Notes: generated from the sequence alone by a model not told the origin. A DNA stretch of 64,000 nt from a virus (IMGVR_UViG_3300011113_000123:64001-128000), one strand, 5' to 3'; shown: positions 1 to 10,430, counted from the stretch's first letter. Translations and numbers: made by a program.

Positions 1-124
1 TATTCGTTGCATATAAAGCTATTCTGGTGCAACATGATTGATTTCATCATCGAAGTTAGAGAACTGATGCGCCAGCTTATGGGAAATAGACCGTACGGCT
101 AAATAGCTTCCGAAAGGAGGCCTC

Positions 125-745
125 ATGTTAGTTACGCATCAACAACTATGTCAGTTCTTTGAAGATACTGATGAACAATGGCTCGCAGAAGTGTTAGAAC
201 CGCTCAATGAAGTTCTAGCTTTCTACGAGATCAATACTCCCCAAAGAATCTCCATGTTCCTAGCTCAAGTTGGCCACGAGTCAGCAGGTATGTCGGTCAT
301 GGAGGAAAATCTAAATTATTCTGCTCAAGGCCTTAATAAGATCTTTCCAAAGTATTTCGCCCGCGCTGGGCGTGACGCGAATGCGTTTGCAAAGAAACCT
401 GAGCTCATCGCGAACGTAGTGTACGCAAGTCGTATGGGTAATGGTCCTCCTGAATCAGGAGACGGATATCGCTATCGCGGTCGTGGATTCATTCAGCTAA
501 CAGGTAAGTCTAACTATGCGGCATTCGCAGCTGATATGGAGATGTCGCTGGATGAAGTTGTACCTTGGCTTGAAACAGCAGAAGGCGCATGTTGGTCTGC
601 TGGTTGGTTCTGGGATTCCCGTGAACTGAACAAGTGGGCCGATAAGGGTGATATTGTAACAGTAACCAAAAAGATCAACGGTGGAACAATCGGTCTGGAA
701 GATCGTAAGCATCATTATGAAGAAGCTCTACACATTTTTTCATAA
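125..745 (+). CDS. GH19 (chitinase-like) endolysin
   Basis: FLAQVGHES, YRYRGRGFIQLTGKSNY and VTKKINGGTIGLEDR GH19 motifs; AGGAGG RBS. Confidence 0.92.
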   Translation: MLVTHQQLCQFFEDTDEQWLAEVLEPLNEVLAFYEINTPQRISMFLAQVGHESAGMSVMEENLNYSAQGLNKIFPKYFARAGRDANAFAKKPELIANVVYASRMGNGPPESGDGYRYRGRGFIQLTGKSNYAAFAADMEMSLDEVVPWLETAEGACWSAGWFWDSRELNKWADKGDIVTVTKKINGGTIGLEDRKHHYEEALHIFS

Positions 746-754
746 GGAGTTACG

Positions 755-1228
755 ATGCCTAGATTCGGTAATCCTGATCCAAACGAGGAACCAGTAAAAC
801 CACCAGTAGCAATGGATCAGCTAGATCCAGCCACAAAAGGCGCGGCTGCTAGACCAGAGTTCAGTTCGAGACCATCGTTCTCTGCTCCTGCGCCTGCAGT
901 TCCGCAACTATCAGAAGCAGCTCAGCTTGCCACTATTGAACTAGAAAAGCAGAAGTGGGAAGCGGAAAATAACAAGCAGAATGAAGATTGGATGGTCAAG
1001 AAGTGGCGACCCGCAATGGGTTGGTGCTATATGGTTATCTGCGTGCTCGACATGGCTATCTTTCCTATCATGTGGTCAGTCGCGCAGGTTATGGTTAAGA
1101 TGCCGCTTACTCAATGGAATCCTCTAACGCTACAAGGCGCTGGTCTATTCCATCTAGCAATGGGAGCCGTCCTTGGTATCGCCGCATGGTCCCGCGGCCA
1201 AGAAAAGATACAAGGTGTTGCAAAGTAA
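755..1228 (+). CDS. holin (3TM/GTA-holin-like) with long polar N-terminus
   Basis: KWRPAMGW motif then hydrophobic helices, ending ...GQEKIQGVAK; directly after endolysin. Confidence 0.7.
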   Translation: MPRFGNPDPNEEPVKPPVAMDQLDPATKGAAARPEFSSRPSFSAPAPAVPQLSEAAQLATIELEKQKWEAENNKQNEDWMVKKWRPAMGWCYMVICVLDMAIFPIMWSVAQVMVKMPLTQWNPLTLQGAGLFHLAMGAVLGIAAWSRGQEKIQGVAK

Positions 1229-1237
1229 GGAAATGAT

Positions 1238-1585
1238 ATGAACGTGAATCCTGTGAATGTAAATGAAGTGCAGAATGCTCAGTTGTCAGTCGTAATGCTT
1301 CGTCTATTGAATGGCGATGAGATTGTAGGTAAGGTTGGAGCAGTAGGTAACATGATCAAAGTCGTGAAGCCTGCTGCTGTCATGATTCAACCAACGGCTA
1401 CTGGTAAAGCAAGCATGGCGTTGGTTGACTTCATCCCTATGGCTAAGAACAAAGAAATCTTTCTCGATCCTCGCAACGTTCTTTTCACATACGAGCCCGA
1501 CGATCAGATCGAAGCTGCTTATCAGCAGAACTTCGGTTCGGGATTAGTGCTACCTAAGAAAGGGATCTTGACAACTGCGTCGTAA
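1238..1585 (+). CDS. Sm-like fold protein typical upstream of T4-like gp43
   Basis: LRLLNGDEIVG...YQQNFGSGLVLP pattern; position. Confidence 0.6.
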   Translation: MNVNPVNVNEVQNAQLSVVMLRLLNGDEIVGKVGAVGNMIKVVKPAAVMIQPTATGKASMALVDFIPMAKNKEIFLDPRNVLFTYEPDDQIEAAYQQNFGSGLVLPKKGILTTAS

Positions 1586-1596
1586 CGTGATAGAGT
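1568..1596 (+). promoter_or_regulatory. sigma70-type promoter for DNA polymerase
   Basis: TTGACA-N17-TAGAGT. Confidence 0.55.
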
Positions 1597-1602
1597 ATCA
1601 CT

Positions 1603-4122
1603 ATGACGAAATTCTACACGAATGCAATTGAGTACGGTAACAACATCCTCGTCCGCGGTTACGATCGCGGGCGCCCTTTCAATGAAAAGATTCCCTACAA
1701 ACCAACTCTGTTCCTACCGTCCAAGCGCAAGGATCTTGCGACGTGGAAAGACATCGTGGGTAACACGCTTGATCCTATGCCATTTGACTCTATGCGCGAT
1801 GCTAAGGATTTCATCAAGCGATACGAGGACGTCAGCAACTTCAAGCTGTATGGTATGCCTCGCTTTCTGTATGCGTATCTGAACGAAGAGTATCCTAACG
1901 AAATCGCATACGACCAAGATCTAATCAAGGTTGCGTATATCGACATCGAGGTTAGCTCAGAGTTTGGCTTTCCTACGGTTGAGCGCGCGTCTGATACTGT
2001 TACGGCTATCACGCTCAAGAAAGACGGCGTCTTCCATGTGTGGGGATACGGCGACTTCAGGCCCAATCGCAACGACGTTCAGTATTACCAATGCAACAAC
2101 GAAAAGGAACTGCTACTCAAGTTCCTCAGTGAGTGGAGCTTAGATTATCCTGATCTCGTGACTGGCTGGAACGTCACGTTCTTCGATATTCCTTATCTCG
2201 TTCGTCGTATGAGCGCGGTGCTTGGTGAAAACGAAGCAAAACGCTTTTCGCCATGGCGCATCTTTAAGGAACGTCGTGTTCGTACGAAGTTTGGTAAAGA
2301 AGAATCCGTCTACAACATCGCTGGCGTTGCTACTCTCGACTATCTCGAGATGTATCAGAAGTTCACTTATACTCAGCAAGAAAGCTACAAGCTCGATCAC
2401 ATCGCGTTCGTTGAACTCGGTGAGCGCAAGCTATCGTACGACGAATACGAAACGTTGCATGAGTTCTATATGAATGACTTCCAGCGATTCATCGAGTATA
2501 ACATTCGAGACGTTGAGCTCGTCGAAAAGCTCGACGATAAGATGAAGCTCATATCCATGGCTCTCGCGCTAGCGTACGACGCGAAGGTGACTTTGCTTGA
2601 TGTGTTCACACAAGTTCGTATGTGGGACGTTATCATTCACAATCACCTGTACAAGCAAGGTATCGCTGTACCTATCGAAGGTGGCGGATCTAAAGACGAA
2701 GCGTATGTTGGCGCGTTCGTCAAAGAACCTAAGCCTGGTGGATATGACTGGGTTATGTCATTCGACTTGAACTCTCTGTATCCGCATCTTATCATGCAGT
2801 ACAACATCTCTCCCGAAACGTTGCTGCGTGATGGTCGCAATCGCGCAGTGAAGATTGATGTAACAGTGGATGAACTGCTCGATGGTCATATCCCTGAAGT
2901 TCCAGAAGGATATGGTCTAGCTGCGAACGGCTGTTTCTTCAGCAAAGCGCGTCAGGGTTTCTTGCCTGAGATCATGGAGCGTATGTACAACGATCGTGTC
3001 GTCTACAAAGATAAGATGATCGCTGCTCAGAAAGATTATGAAAAGACTAAGTCTAAGCAAGCATCCAAGGATATCTCTCGATACAAAAACATGCAGCTCG
3101 CTAAGAAGGTTCAGTTGAACTCAGCTTACGGCGCGATTGGTAATCCTCACTTCCGTTTCTTCGATATCAATCAAGCGACGGCTATTACTCTTGGTGGTCA
3201 GCTATCTATCCGCTGGGCTGAAAACGAAATCAATAAGTATCTTAATAAGCTCCTAAAGACTAAGGATACGGACTATGTCATTGCTTCCGATACGGATTCG
3301 TTGTATATCAGTTTTGATAGACTTGTACAAGTGGTCTTTGAAGGTCGAGGATCGCAGCAAAGTGATCCTACAGCACAGAAGCAGAAAATCGTTGACTTTC
3401 TGGACAAGGTGGCTCGTGAAAAGATTGAACCTGTTATTGATGGGATTTATTCGGATCTTGCTGTTCGGATGGAAGCATTCTCGCAAAAAATGAACATGAA
3501 GCGTGAGGTTATCGCTGATCGTGGTATCTGGACTGCGAAGAAGCGATACATCCTCAACGTTCATGACTCTGAAGGTGTGCGATACGCCAAACCCAAACTA
3601 AAGATCATGGGCATCGAAGCTGTTAAGTCGTCGACTCCTGCTGTGTGTCGTCAGGCAATTATCGATGCGCTGAACATCATCATGTCTAAAGAAGAAGAGG
3701 ACTTGCATAAGTTCATCGCTGACTTCAAGTCTAAGTTCTACAAGCTGAGCTTCGAGGAAGTTGCGTTTCCGCGTTCCGTACAAGATCTAACTAAATACGC
3801 AAAGGAAACTAAGAGCATTCCTATCCACGTTCGTGGCGCGTTGCTCTATAACAATCTAGTCAAGAAGCTTAGTCTACAGAAAAAGTACGAGCTTATCAAG
3901 GATGGCGAAAAGATTCGCTTCTCATACTTGAAGATGCCTAATCCTGCTCGCGACAACGTGATTTGTGCGTTTTCATCTTTACCGTCAGAGTTCGACCTTG
4001 AAGAGTATATCGATTATGATATGCAGTTCGAGAAAGCGTTTATGGCTCCTCTCAACTCTATCCTTGAAGTGATTGACTGGCACTCTGAGAAGCGAAGCTC
4101 ATTGGAGGACTTCTTTTCATGA
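1603..4122 (+). CDS. 43: family B DNA polymerase (T4 gp43-like)
   Basis: DIE exonuclease, SFDLNSLYPH, KKVQLNSAYG, SDTDS, KKRY motifs; C-terminal SLEDFFS clamp-binding tail. Confidence 0.98.
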   Translation: MTKFYTNAIEYGNNILVRGYDRGRPFNEKIPYKPTLFLPSKRKDLATWKDIVGNTLDPMPFDSMRDAKDFIKRYEDVSNFKLYGMPRFLYAYLNEEYPNEIAYDQDLIKVAYIDIEVSSEFGFPTVERASDTVTAITLKKDGVFHVWGYGDFRPNRNDVQYYQCNNEKELLLKFLSEWSLDYPDLVTGWNVTFFDIPYLVRRMSAVLGENEAKRFSPWRIFKERRVRTKFGKEESVYNIAGVATLDYLEMYQKFTYTQQESYKLDHIAFVELGERKLSYDEYETLHEFYMNDFQRFIEYNIRDVELVEKLDDKMKLISMALALAYDAKVTLLDVFTQVRMWDVIIHNHLYKQGIAVPIEGGGSKDEAYVGAFVKEPKPGGYDWVMSFDLNSLYPHLIMQYNISPETLLRDGRNRAVKIDVTVDELLDGHIPEVPEGYGLAANGCFFSKARQGFLPEIMERMYNDRVVYKDKMIAAQKDYEKTKSKQASKDISRYKNMQLAKKVQLNSAYGAIGNPHFRFFDINQATAITLGGQLSIRWAENEINKYLNKLLKTKDTDYVIASDTDSLYISFDRLVQVVFEGRGSQQSDPTAQKQKIVDFLDKVAREKIEPVIDGIYSDLAVRMEAFSQKMNMKREVIADRGIWTAKKRYILNVHDSEGVRYAKPKLKIMGIEAVKSSTPAVCRQAIIDALNIIMSKEEEDLHKFIADFKSKFYKLSFEEVAFPRSVQDLTKYAKETKSIPIHVRGALLYNNLVKKLSLQKKYELIKDGEKIRFSYLKMPNPARDNVICAFSSLPSEFDLEEYIDYDMQFEKAFMAPLNSILEVIDWHSEKRSSLEDFFS

Positions 4123-4331
4123 AGAAAAAGACTAAGAAACCCGCAAGGAAACCAACTCGCAACGATCTAGATAAGATGTCGTATGAAAAGCGAGAACGAG
4201 TAAGAAAACAGCTAAGAAAAGGGGCTGTATATACAAGAGCGTTCAAGACACCACAATCATTCGGTGCAGCCAGTCCAGTTAGACATGTTCCGATTGAAGA
4301 GTATTTGAAAGAAATCAAGAGTGATTCGTGA
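4119..4331 (+). CDS. small basic hypothetical protein
   Basis: overlaps gp43 stop (ATGA coupling). Confidence 0.6.
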   Translation: MKKKTKKPARKPTRNDLDKMSYEKRERVRKQLRKGAVYTRAFKTPQSFGAASPVRHVPIEEYLKEIKSDS

Positions 4332-5130
4332 AATCTTAGTGCATCAGGTAGATGCTATGTCTCACGACAGCCGCGTAGCTGTTCTACTATCAGGCGGAGT
4401 CGATAGTGTATCTATTGCGTTTGCTGCGCATCGGCTCGGAAAGAAGGTAGTCGCTTACACGTTTCATCTCGATGGTCAGCCATCATATGATTCGCAGAAA
4501 GCAGTCGAGATCGCAAAGATCATGGAATGGGATTATCGTGTCGTGGTAGTCCCAACCAATAACGTAGAGCAAGACTTCATTCGTTTGGCTAAAGAAGTTC
4601 ACTGCGAAAAGAAAACACACTTCGAGTGTTGCTTTCCGTTTCTATACGTGTACCCACAGATCAAGGAGTATGAAGTTCTAAGTGGATGGGCTGCTGACGG
4701 ATACTATGGTGTATCGAAAAAAGCGAACATTCACTACAAGCATACGAAGGAAAAGTTCGACGAGTTTCGTAAAGACTACTTTGGTGCTAACAATCGCGCT
4801 GGATATATGTGGCATAAACGAATCGCGGAGAAGTTGCATAGCAAACGATTCATTGCTCCGTATCTAGATCCAGACGTTGCTAAGTTCTTTATGAGCAAAG
4901 ATTGGTATGAACTGAATCAGCCATATCAAAAGCATCATGTAGTCGAAGCATTCACTGAGTTCAAGCAGATTGGTGGTGTGAAGAAACATATCAATCTGCA
5001 ACTAGGATCAGGAATAGATAAGCTATTCGAGAAAGAAGTATTGAGCAACACCAATCTTAATTTTTACAATCGCAAGCGAGTTATGGACGTATGTCGTGAC
5101 TGGGCAAACAAAGGAGCAGAGTTGTGGTAA
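4321..5130 (+). CDS. PP-loop ATP pyrophosphatase, asparagine-synthase C-terminal-like
   Basis: LLSGGVDS PP-loop, SGWAADGYYG, APYLD. Confidence 0.8.
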   Translation: MIREILVHQVDAMSHDSRVAVLLSGGVDSVSIAFAAHRLGKKVVAYTFHLDGQPSYDSQKAVEIAKIMEWDYRVVVVPTNNVEQDFIRLAKEVHCEKKTHFECCFPFLYVYPQIKEYEVLSGWAADGYYGVSKKANIHYKHTKEKFDEFRKDYFGANNRAGYMWHKRIAEKLHSKRFIAPYLDPDVAKFFMSKDWYELNQPYQKHHVVEAFTEFKQIGGVKKHINLQLGSGIDKLFEKEVLSNTNLNFYNRKRVMDVCRDWANKGAELW

Positions 5131-5414
5131 AAGTGCCGCAGGAGTATGCTGACTTCGACTTCGGTTTCACTGGAGTTGATGAGAGTGAAATCAAACAAGA
5201 TGTTCTGAGAGAGCTGACTGCTAAGGACGAAGCTCTGTCAGCAAAGGAACTGGAGCTGGCTGATAAGGTAAAGACGCTTGAAGCTATCATCGTCCCTCTG
5301 CTGAACAACCTAATCAAGACAGCGGATAAGGAATACATCTACTGGCCTAATCGTAAAGAAAAGTGTCAGGATATGTTGGAAAAGGTATTGAAGACCACTA
5401 GAGGGGTCAAATGA
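5124..5414 (+). CDS. hypothetical protein
   Basis: ORF with AAGGAG RBS. Confidence 0.7.
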   Translation: MVKVPQEYADFDFGFTGVDESEIKQDVLRELTAKDEALSAKELELADKVKTLEAIIVPLLNNLIKTADKEYIYWPNRKEKCQDMLEKVLKTTRGVK

Positions 5415-5632
5415 GCACCAATATGATTCAGCTGAATCCTCCTATCCCTGTTATGACACCACAGGGTAGGGCTATAGCCCATTTCATTATCGACTATGGT
5501 ATGGAAAACGACTTGATGTGGGTTTGCTTTCAGGATGACACAGGAGAGTGCTGGACCTGGGAAAACGCCTACATCCGCGCTCGTACGAATCAAACCATTG
5601 GGCGTAGAAAGATGAGCAAGATCGATGTTTGA
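5411..5632 (+). CDS. hypothetical protein
   Basis: coupled ORF, GAGGGG RBS. Confidence 0.7.
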   Translation: MSTNMIQLNPPIPVMTPQGRAIAHFIIDYGMENDLMWVCFQDDTGECWTWENAYIRARTNQTIGRRKMSKIDV

Positions 5633-5804
5633 AGTAACAGAAGACAACTATCTCAGTTTCTTGACGCTTCATGGTCAGGACCCAGAATGCGCGCAACGAG
5701 TAGTAGAAACATATGATGGATCTGCGGGATATCATGAACTCCTATCAGTCCGCATATGGGTAGAAGCGTCAAAGATGCTTCTAAAGAAGCATGCTAACGG
5801 CTAA
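5625..5804 (+). CDS. 59-aa hypothetical protein (not in track)
   Basis: MFEVTEDNY...KKHANG fills the gap, overlapping both neighbours. Confidence 0.55.
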   Translation: MFEVTEDNYLSFLTLHGQDPECAQRVVETYDGSAGYHELLSVRIWVEASKMLLKKHANG

Positions 5805-6612
5805 CGTAGATCGTTGGCTTATTATGACGACGGGGATTGCTCTCTCCGTCGTTTCTGCGTGGTACTCAGTCACAGGTCTTACTGCTATTTTCGCTGGTGC
5901 ATACTGGGCTATCATAATCCTAGGAGGCACACTAGAGTTCGGTAAGATCATTCTAGCTTCGTGGCTCTACAGGAACTGGAAGTATATTCCGTTCCTCATG
6001 AAAGCATACTTCACGAGCGCGCTTATCATACTCATGGTTATCACTAGCATGGGTATCTTTGGTTTCTTATCCAAAGCTCACCTAGATCAAGTTGCACCAT
6101 CTGGTGATATAGTGGCTAAGATAGAACGCATCGATGATAGCATCGCGCGCGAGCGCACGCGCATCACGCGAGCAGAGCAGCAACTAACTCAGCTCGACAA
6201 GGCTATCGACTCTATCATAGATAGAAACAATCGTGCGCAAACTGCTCTACAGATACGCCAGCAGCAGAAGAAAGAACGTGATACGTTAGCTGCTGATATC
6301 AAAGATGCGCAGAAAGCCATTGACGTTCTGCTCGATGAAAAAGCTCCGCTCATGAAGAGCACTAGGGCTATCAAGTTAGAAGTTGGTCCTATTCGTTATG
6401 TGGCTGAGTTGATCTACGGAGAAAGCAATGAACGTGATCTAGAATCAGCCATACGCATTATGATACTTCTGCTCGTATTCGTTATTGATCCCCTGGCTGT
6501 GTTGTTGATTATTGCAGCCAGTAAAGAGGTACGTAAAGAAGTAGAGAGTATAGATGCTGTTGCCACCAACGGAGACCTATGGGAACCGATGATCCTGGAA
6601 AAGAAGTCTTGA
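5791..6612 (+). CDS. membrane protein with coiled-coil region
   Basis: N-terminal TM helices, coiled coil, C-terminal TM (IDPLAVLLIIAA). Confidence 0.8.
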   Translation: MLTANVDRWLIMTTGIALSVVSAWYSVTGLTAIFAGAYWAIIILGGTLEFGKIILASWLYRNWKYIPFLMKAYFTSALIILMVITSMGIFGFLSKAHLDQVAPSGDIVAKIERIDDSIARERTRITRAEQQLTQLDKAIDSIIDRNNRAQTALQIRQQQKKERDTLAADIKDAQKAIDVLLDEKAPLMKSTRAIKLEVGPIRYVAELIYGESNERDLESAIRIMILLLVFVIDPLAVLLIIAASKEVRKEVESIDAVATNGDLWEPMILEKKS

Positions 6613-6637
6613 CAATCGAACACTTACAGAGTAATAT
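6609..6637 (+). promoter_or_regulatory. sigma70-type promoter for uvsX
   Basis: TTGACA-N17-TAATAT. Confidence 0.55.
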
Positions 6638-6654
6638 GATAGTGGAGGTGAAAT

Positions 6655-7707
6655 ATGTCGCTTAAAGAAAAGTTGATTAAGAATAGCACGATTGAGTTTA
6701 CGGCTACTCTCGACAAGAGTAAGATCTTTACGAAAAAGGATATGGTCCAAACGACAGTGCCGATGATTAATGTCGCGCTATCTGGTTCAGTGGACGGTGG
6801 TATTACGCCAGGCATTACAATGCTTGCTGGTCCTTCAAAGCATTTCAAAACTGGCTTCGCGCTACTAATGGCTTCTGCCTTTCTGAAGAAGTATTCAGAT
6901 GGTGTGATCTTGTTCTATGACTCTGAGTTTGGTACGCCGCAAGCATACTTCAACACGTTTGGTATTCCATTTGATTCAGTTGTTCATACGCCAATCATGG
7001 ATGTGGAGCAGCTGAAGTTTGATATTATGAAGCAGCTAACTGCGCTTGAGCGCGGCGAGCATGTTATGATCGTCATTGATTCTATTGGTAACCTCGCTTC
7101 CAAGAAGGAAGTTGAAGATGCGCTAAATGAGAAGTCAGTTGCTGATATGTCTCGTGCGAAGCAGCTCAAGTCGCTGTTCCGTATGATCACTCCATATCTG
7201 ACACTGAAAGATATTCCTATGGTTGTGGTCAATCACACCTACAAGGAAATTGGTTTGTATCCGAAGGATATCGTCGGAGGTGGAACTGGTTCATATTACG
7301 GGTCAGATAACATCTGGATCCTTGGTCGTCAACAAGACAAGGATGGTACCGAGATCCAAGGCTATCACTTTGTCATCAACGTGGAGAAGTCACGCTATGT
7401 CAAAGAAAAGTCAAAGATCCCAATCACTATCTCATATGACGGAGGGATTAATCGTTGGTCTGGTCTTCTCGATGTCGCTCTTGATGGCGGCTACGTATCT
7501 AAGCCAAAGGTTGGATGGTACGCGCGAGTGGATCGCACAACAGGAGAAATCGTGCCTCCTAACATGCGAGCCTCAGATCTAGTTGATAACGGCGAGTTCT
7601 GGAAGACTATGTTCAAGGAAACGGACTTCGCTAAGTACATCAAGGAAAAGTATTCTATCGCGCACGGCGCAATCTTGTCGGAGGAAAACGAAGATGCTTC
7701 TGAGTGA
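6655..7707 (+). CDS. uvsX: UvsX RecA-like recombinase
   Basis: AGPSKHFKT Walker A, FYDSEFG, IDSIGNLASKKE. Confidence 0.96.
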   Translation: MSLKEKLIKNSTIEFTATLDKSKIFTKKDMVQTTVPMINVALSGSVDGGITPGITMLAGPSKHFKTGFALLMASAFLKKYSDGVILFYDSEFGTPQAYFNTFGIPFDSVVHTPIMDVEQLKFDIMKQLTALERGEHVMIVIDSIGNLASKKEVEDALNEKSVADMSRAKQLKSLFRMITPYLTLKDIPMVVVNHTYKEIGLYPKDIVGGGTGSYYGSDNIWILGRQQDKDGTEIQGYHFVINVEKSRYVKEKSKIPITISYDGGINRWSGLLDVALDGGYVSKPKVGWYARVDRTTGEIVPPNMRASDLVDNGEFWKTMFKETDFAKYIKEKYSIAHGAILSEENEDASE

Positions 7708-7900
7708 ATATTGGAGCGACGACAGAACGAAGAGAGCCGAAGTCCATAAGGACTCCGGCGACTTCTATGTTAAGTTCTACGAGGACGAAGAGCTGATTCT
7801 AACTGAGTCATATGTAGATAAGAGTCAAAGCTGGGCTGAAGCGGCTGCTGAAAACTATACGATGGGAATTAAGGTGGTGCAGAATGGCAAGCGTCGTTGA
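7694..7900 (+). CDS. hypothetical protein
   Basis: ATG at 7694 (MLLSEYWSDD) preferred to the upstream track start. Confidence 0.65.
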   Translation: MLLSEYWSDDRTKRAEVHKDSGDFYVKFYEDEELILTESYVDKSQSWAEAAAENYTMGIKVVQNGKRR

Positions 7901-8228
7901 CAATCCAGTCGCAGTGAAGTATAATCATATCACTCGCGAAGATGTACCAAAGTTCGTCTGCATCAAGATAGAGGAAGGCGAGTTTGAGGGTATCATCTAT
8001 CATTATGAAAACGTCAATGTCGGTGAAGAAACAGAAGATGGTGGTGCGCTGTTAAACTTTAACTATCACGTCGTCGAATCGTTTTTGGCTGAAGAAATGT
8101 TAACTGACAGCCTAAAGAAACGTTTCGAAGATACAGTCGCTGGTATTCTTTTCGACATTTTGGTTCAGCAAGTAGGAAGGATTGGGAATGAAGATCGAAC
8201 TGACGATTCTGAAGAATCTGGTTCATAA
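7884..8228 (+). CDS. gp40-like head vertex assembly chaperone
   Basis: acidic 114-aa protein in the uvsX-40-41 syntenic slot. Confidence 0.5.
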   Translation: MASVVDNPVAVKYNHITREDVPKFVCIKIEEGEFEGIIYHYENVNVGEETEDGGALLNFNYHVVESFLAEEMLTDSLKKRFEDTVAGILFDILVQQVGRIGNEDRTDDSEESGS

Positions 8229-9609
8229 CGAAGACTTCGCCCGCAAGACTCTACCATTCGTAAAAGAAAACTATTTCAGTGATTCGTCTGAGCGCTTGGT
8301 GTTCAGGCGAATCCATGACTTCATGACCAAGTATAATTCACGCCCGACGCGCGAAGCTATTGGTATTGAAATTGAGTCTAGCACGAACTTATCTGAAGAA
8401 GAGCACAAGCGTTCGCTGGAACTGGTTCGATCACTCGTCGAACCAGAGCCCGTCACGATGGATTGGCTTCTAGAATCTACGGAGGCGTTCTGTCAAGAGC
8501 GTGCAGTGTATAACGCTATCATGGATAGTATCTCTATCCTTGATGGCAAAGACAAGAACCGCACCAAGAACGCTATCCCTGAGATTCTATCAGAAGCTCT
8601 TGGCGTTTCATTCGACAGTCATATCGGTCACGACTTCATCGACGACTTTGAAGAGCGATATGACTATTATCATCGCGTAGAAGAAAAGCTCCCGTTTGAT
8701 ATTGAGTTGATGAACAAGGTTACTCGCGGAGGCTTGTCGCGTAAGTCTCTCAATATCATCCTTGCAGGCACGGGTGTTGGTAAAACTCTTGCGATGTGTC
8801 ACTTCGCAGCAGCTAATCTTGCGATGGGCAAGAACGTTCTCTATATCACTATGGAAATGGCCGAAGAGAAGATCGCCGAGCGTATCGATGCTAATCTGTT
8901 GAACATTGCTACAGAAGACATCAAGCAGCTTCCGAAGGAAATGTACGAAAACAAAATCAAGCGACTTCGAGCAAAGACTACGGGGAAGCTCATCATTAAG
9001 GAGTATCCCACTGCGTCGGCTCATGCTGGTCATTTCCGTCATGTTCTTAACGAGCTTAACCTCAAGCGCAATTTTGTTCCTGATATTATTTACGTTGACT
9101 ATCTTAACATTTGTTGTTCGTCGAGAATCAAGCCAGGAGTAAACGTTAACAGCTACACATACGTCAAGTCTATAGCCGAAGAACTGCGTGGGCTTGCAGT
9201 CGAGCGCAATTTACCTATCGTGTCAGCTACTCAGACAACTCGTTCTGGATATACCAGCAGCGATCCTGGGCTGGAAGATACTTCCGAGTCGTTCGGTCTG
9301 CCTGCTACAGCTGACTTCATGATCGCGCTCGTGCGTGACGAAGAAATGGATGAGCGTGGCCAGCTCATGGTAAAGCAGCTGAAAAATCGTTATAGCGATC
9401 CAGCGGAATACAAGCGATTCTTCGTTGGCGTCGATCGTATCAAGATGCGCCTGTTCGATCTCGAAGACTCAGCCCAAGAAGACATCATCGACGATAGTCG
9501 CGGTGGCAAAACCAAACGCTCTGAATCAGTCATGGACAACACCAAGTTCGGAATGGAAGATCGTGAACGCAACAAACCCAAATCCAAGTTCAGCGGCCTC
9601 AAGTTCTGA
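8188..9609 (+). CDS. 41: replicative DnaB-like helicase (gp41)
   Basis: AGTGVGKT, YITMEMAEEKIAERIDAN, VDYLNI, SESFGLPATAD. Confidence 0.97.
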   Translation: MKIELTILKNLVHNEDFARKTLPFVKENYFSDSSERLVFRRIHDFMTKYNSRPTREAIGIEIESSTNLSEEEHKRSLELVRSLVEPEPVTMDWLLESTEAFCQERAVYNAIMDSISILDGKDKNRTKNAIPEILSEALGVSFDSHIGHDFIDDFEERYDYYHRVEEKLPFDIELMNKVTRGGLSRKSLNIILAGTGVGKTLAMCHFAAANLAMGKNVLYITMEMAEEKIAERIDANLLNIATEDIKQLPKEMYENKIKRLRAKTTGKLIIKEYPTASAHAGHFRHVLNELNLKRNFVPDIIYVDYLNICCSSRIKPGVNVNSYTYVKSIAEELRGLAVERNLPIVSATQTTRSGYTSSDPGLEDTSESFGLPATADFMIALVRDEEMDERGQLMVKQLKNRYSDPAEYKRFFVGVDRIKMRLFDLEDSAQEDIIDDSRGGKTKRSESVMDNTKFGMEDRERNKPKSKFSGLKF

Positions 9610-9682
9610 GGGGCTAAATAATATCGTTCTTGACAACGACGATAATCTACGCTATGCTAGTCCAATAGTAAGAGGAGGTGTC

Positions 9683-10222
9683 ATGACCTCAAGATTGGAG
9701 TACGCCAAAAATAAAGCCAAGATCAGTATAACAGGCGGATCGCCTTTTAAGCGTAAGATGCTCAAACGAGCAGCCAGATGGATGCTAGGATATACTCTCG
9801 GCACCCGTTTAGCCAACAACATAACGCTGAAGATTCGTATCGATGACTCTTTGGTAAACACTAGGTTCTATGGTTCTGTCATCTGGGAAGACGATAATCA
9901 TCGACCAAGAAGTTACGACATGGAGTTATGCAACTATCTAACTGATAGAACATTGTTCAAGGTTCTTGCTCACGAGATAGTTCACATCAGACAGTATGCA
10001 ACCGGCGACCTTAAAGATCTAGCAACTCAAGCCAACTATTGTAAATGGAAAAACAAGCTCGTACAGGCTGAAGGCAAAGGTAGAATATCGTATTTCAAAC
10101 TGCCGTGGGAAATAGAAGCGAGACGTGATCAAGAGATCATCCTTAGAGAATGGAAAGAAACACACGGCTATCATTTCAGACAAAAGACTGGGGAGTTGTA
10201 TAGTGAGCGTGATAATCTATAG
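9683..10222 (+). CDS. zincin-like metallopeptidase
   Basis: LAHEIVHIRQ HExxH plus PWEIEA; promoter TTGACA-N17-TATGCT at 9630-9658 and GAGGAGG RBS fix the start. Confidence 0.75.
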   Translation: MTSRLEYAKNKAKISITGGSPFKRKMLKRAARWMLGYTLGTRLANNITLKIRIDDSLVNTRFYGSVIWEDDNHRPRSYDMELCNYLTDRTLFKVLAHEIVHIRQYATGDLKDLATQANYCKWKNKLVQAEGKGRISYFKLPWEIEARRDQEIILREWKETHGYHFRQKTGELYSERDNL

Positions 10223-10430
10223 CAGGGATGATTGCCCTTGGTGTGTTCGAGCTAAAGATATGTTGTATTCTATAGGAAAAGAATACGAAGAGATTAAGAT
10301 TGGTCGTGATCTCACGCGCGAGGAGTTCAAGGAACAGTTTCCAGAAGTTAAAACAGTACCATATATAATCATTGATGGAACCGCTATCGGTGGTTATGAA
10401 AATCTGTTATCACATTATAAGCTCTCATAG
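10203..10430 (+). CDS. glutaredoxin
   Basis: CPWC, TVP and IGGY motifs. Confidence 0.9.
   Translation: MSVIIYSRDDCPWCVRAKDMLYSIGKEYEEIKIGRDLTREEFKEQFPEVKTVPYIIIDGTAIGGYENLLSHYKLS

Noticed and set aside
4321-5130. QueC / 7-deazaguanine DNA modification pathway
   Set aside because: It lacks the QueC C-terminal Cys cluster, and no folE, queD, queE or dpdA is present in the window
9425-9682. Long N-terminal extension of the HExxH protein
   Set aside because: It overlaps gp41; promoter and RBS support a start at 9683
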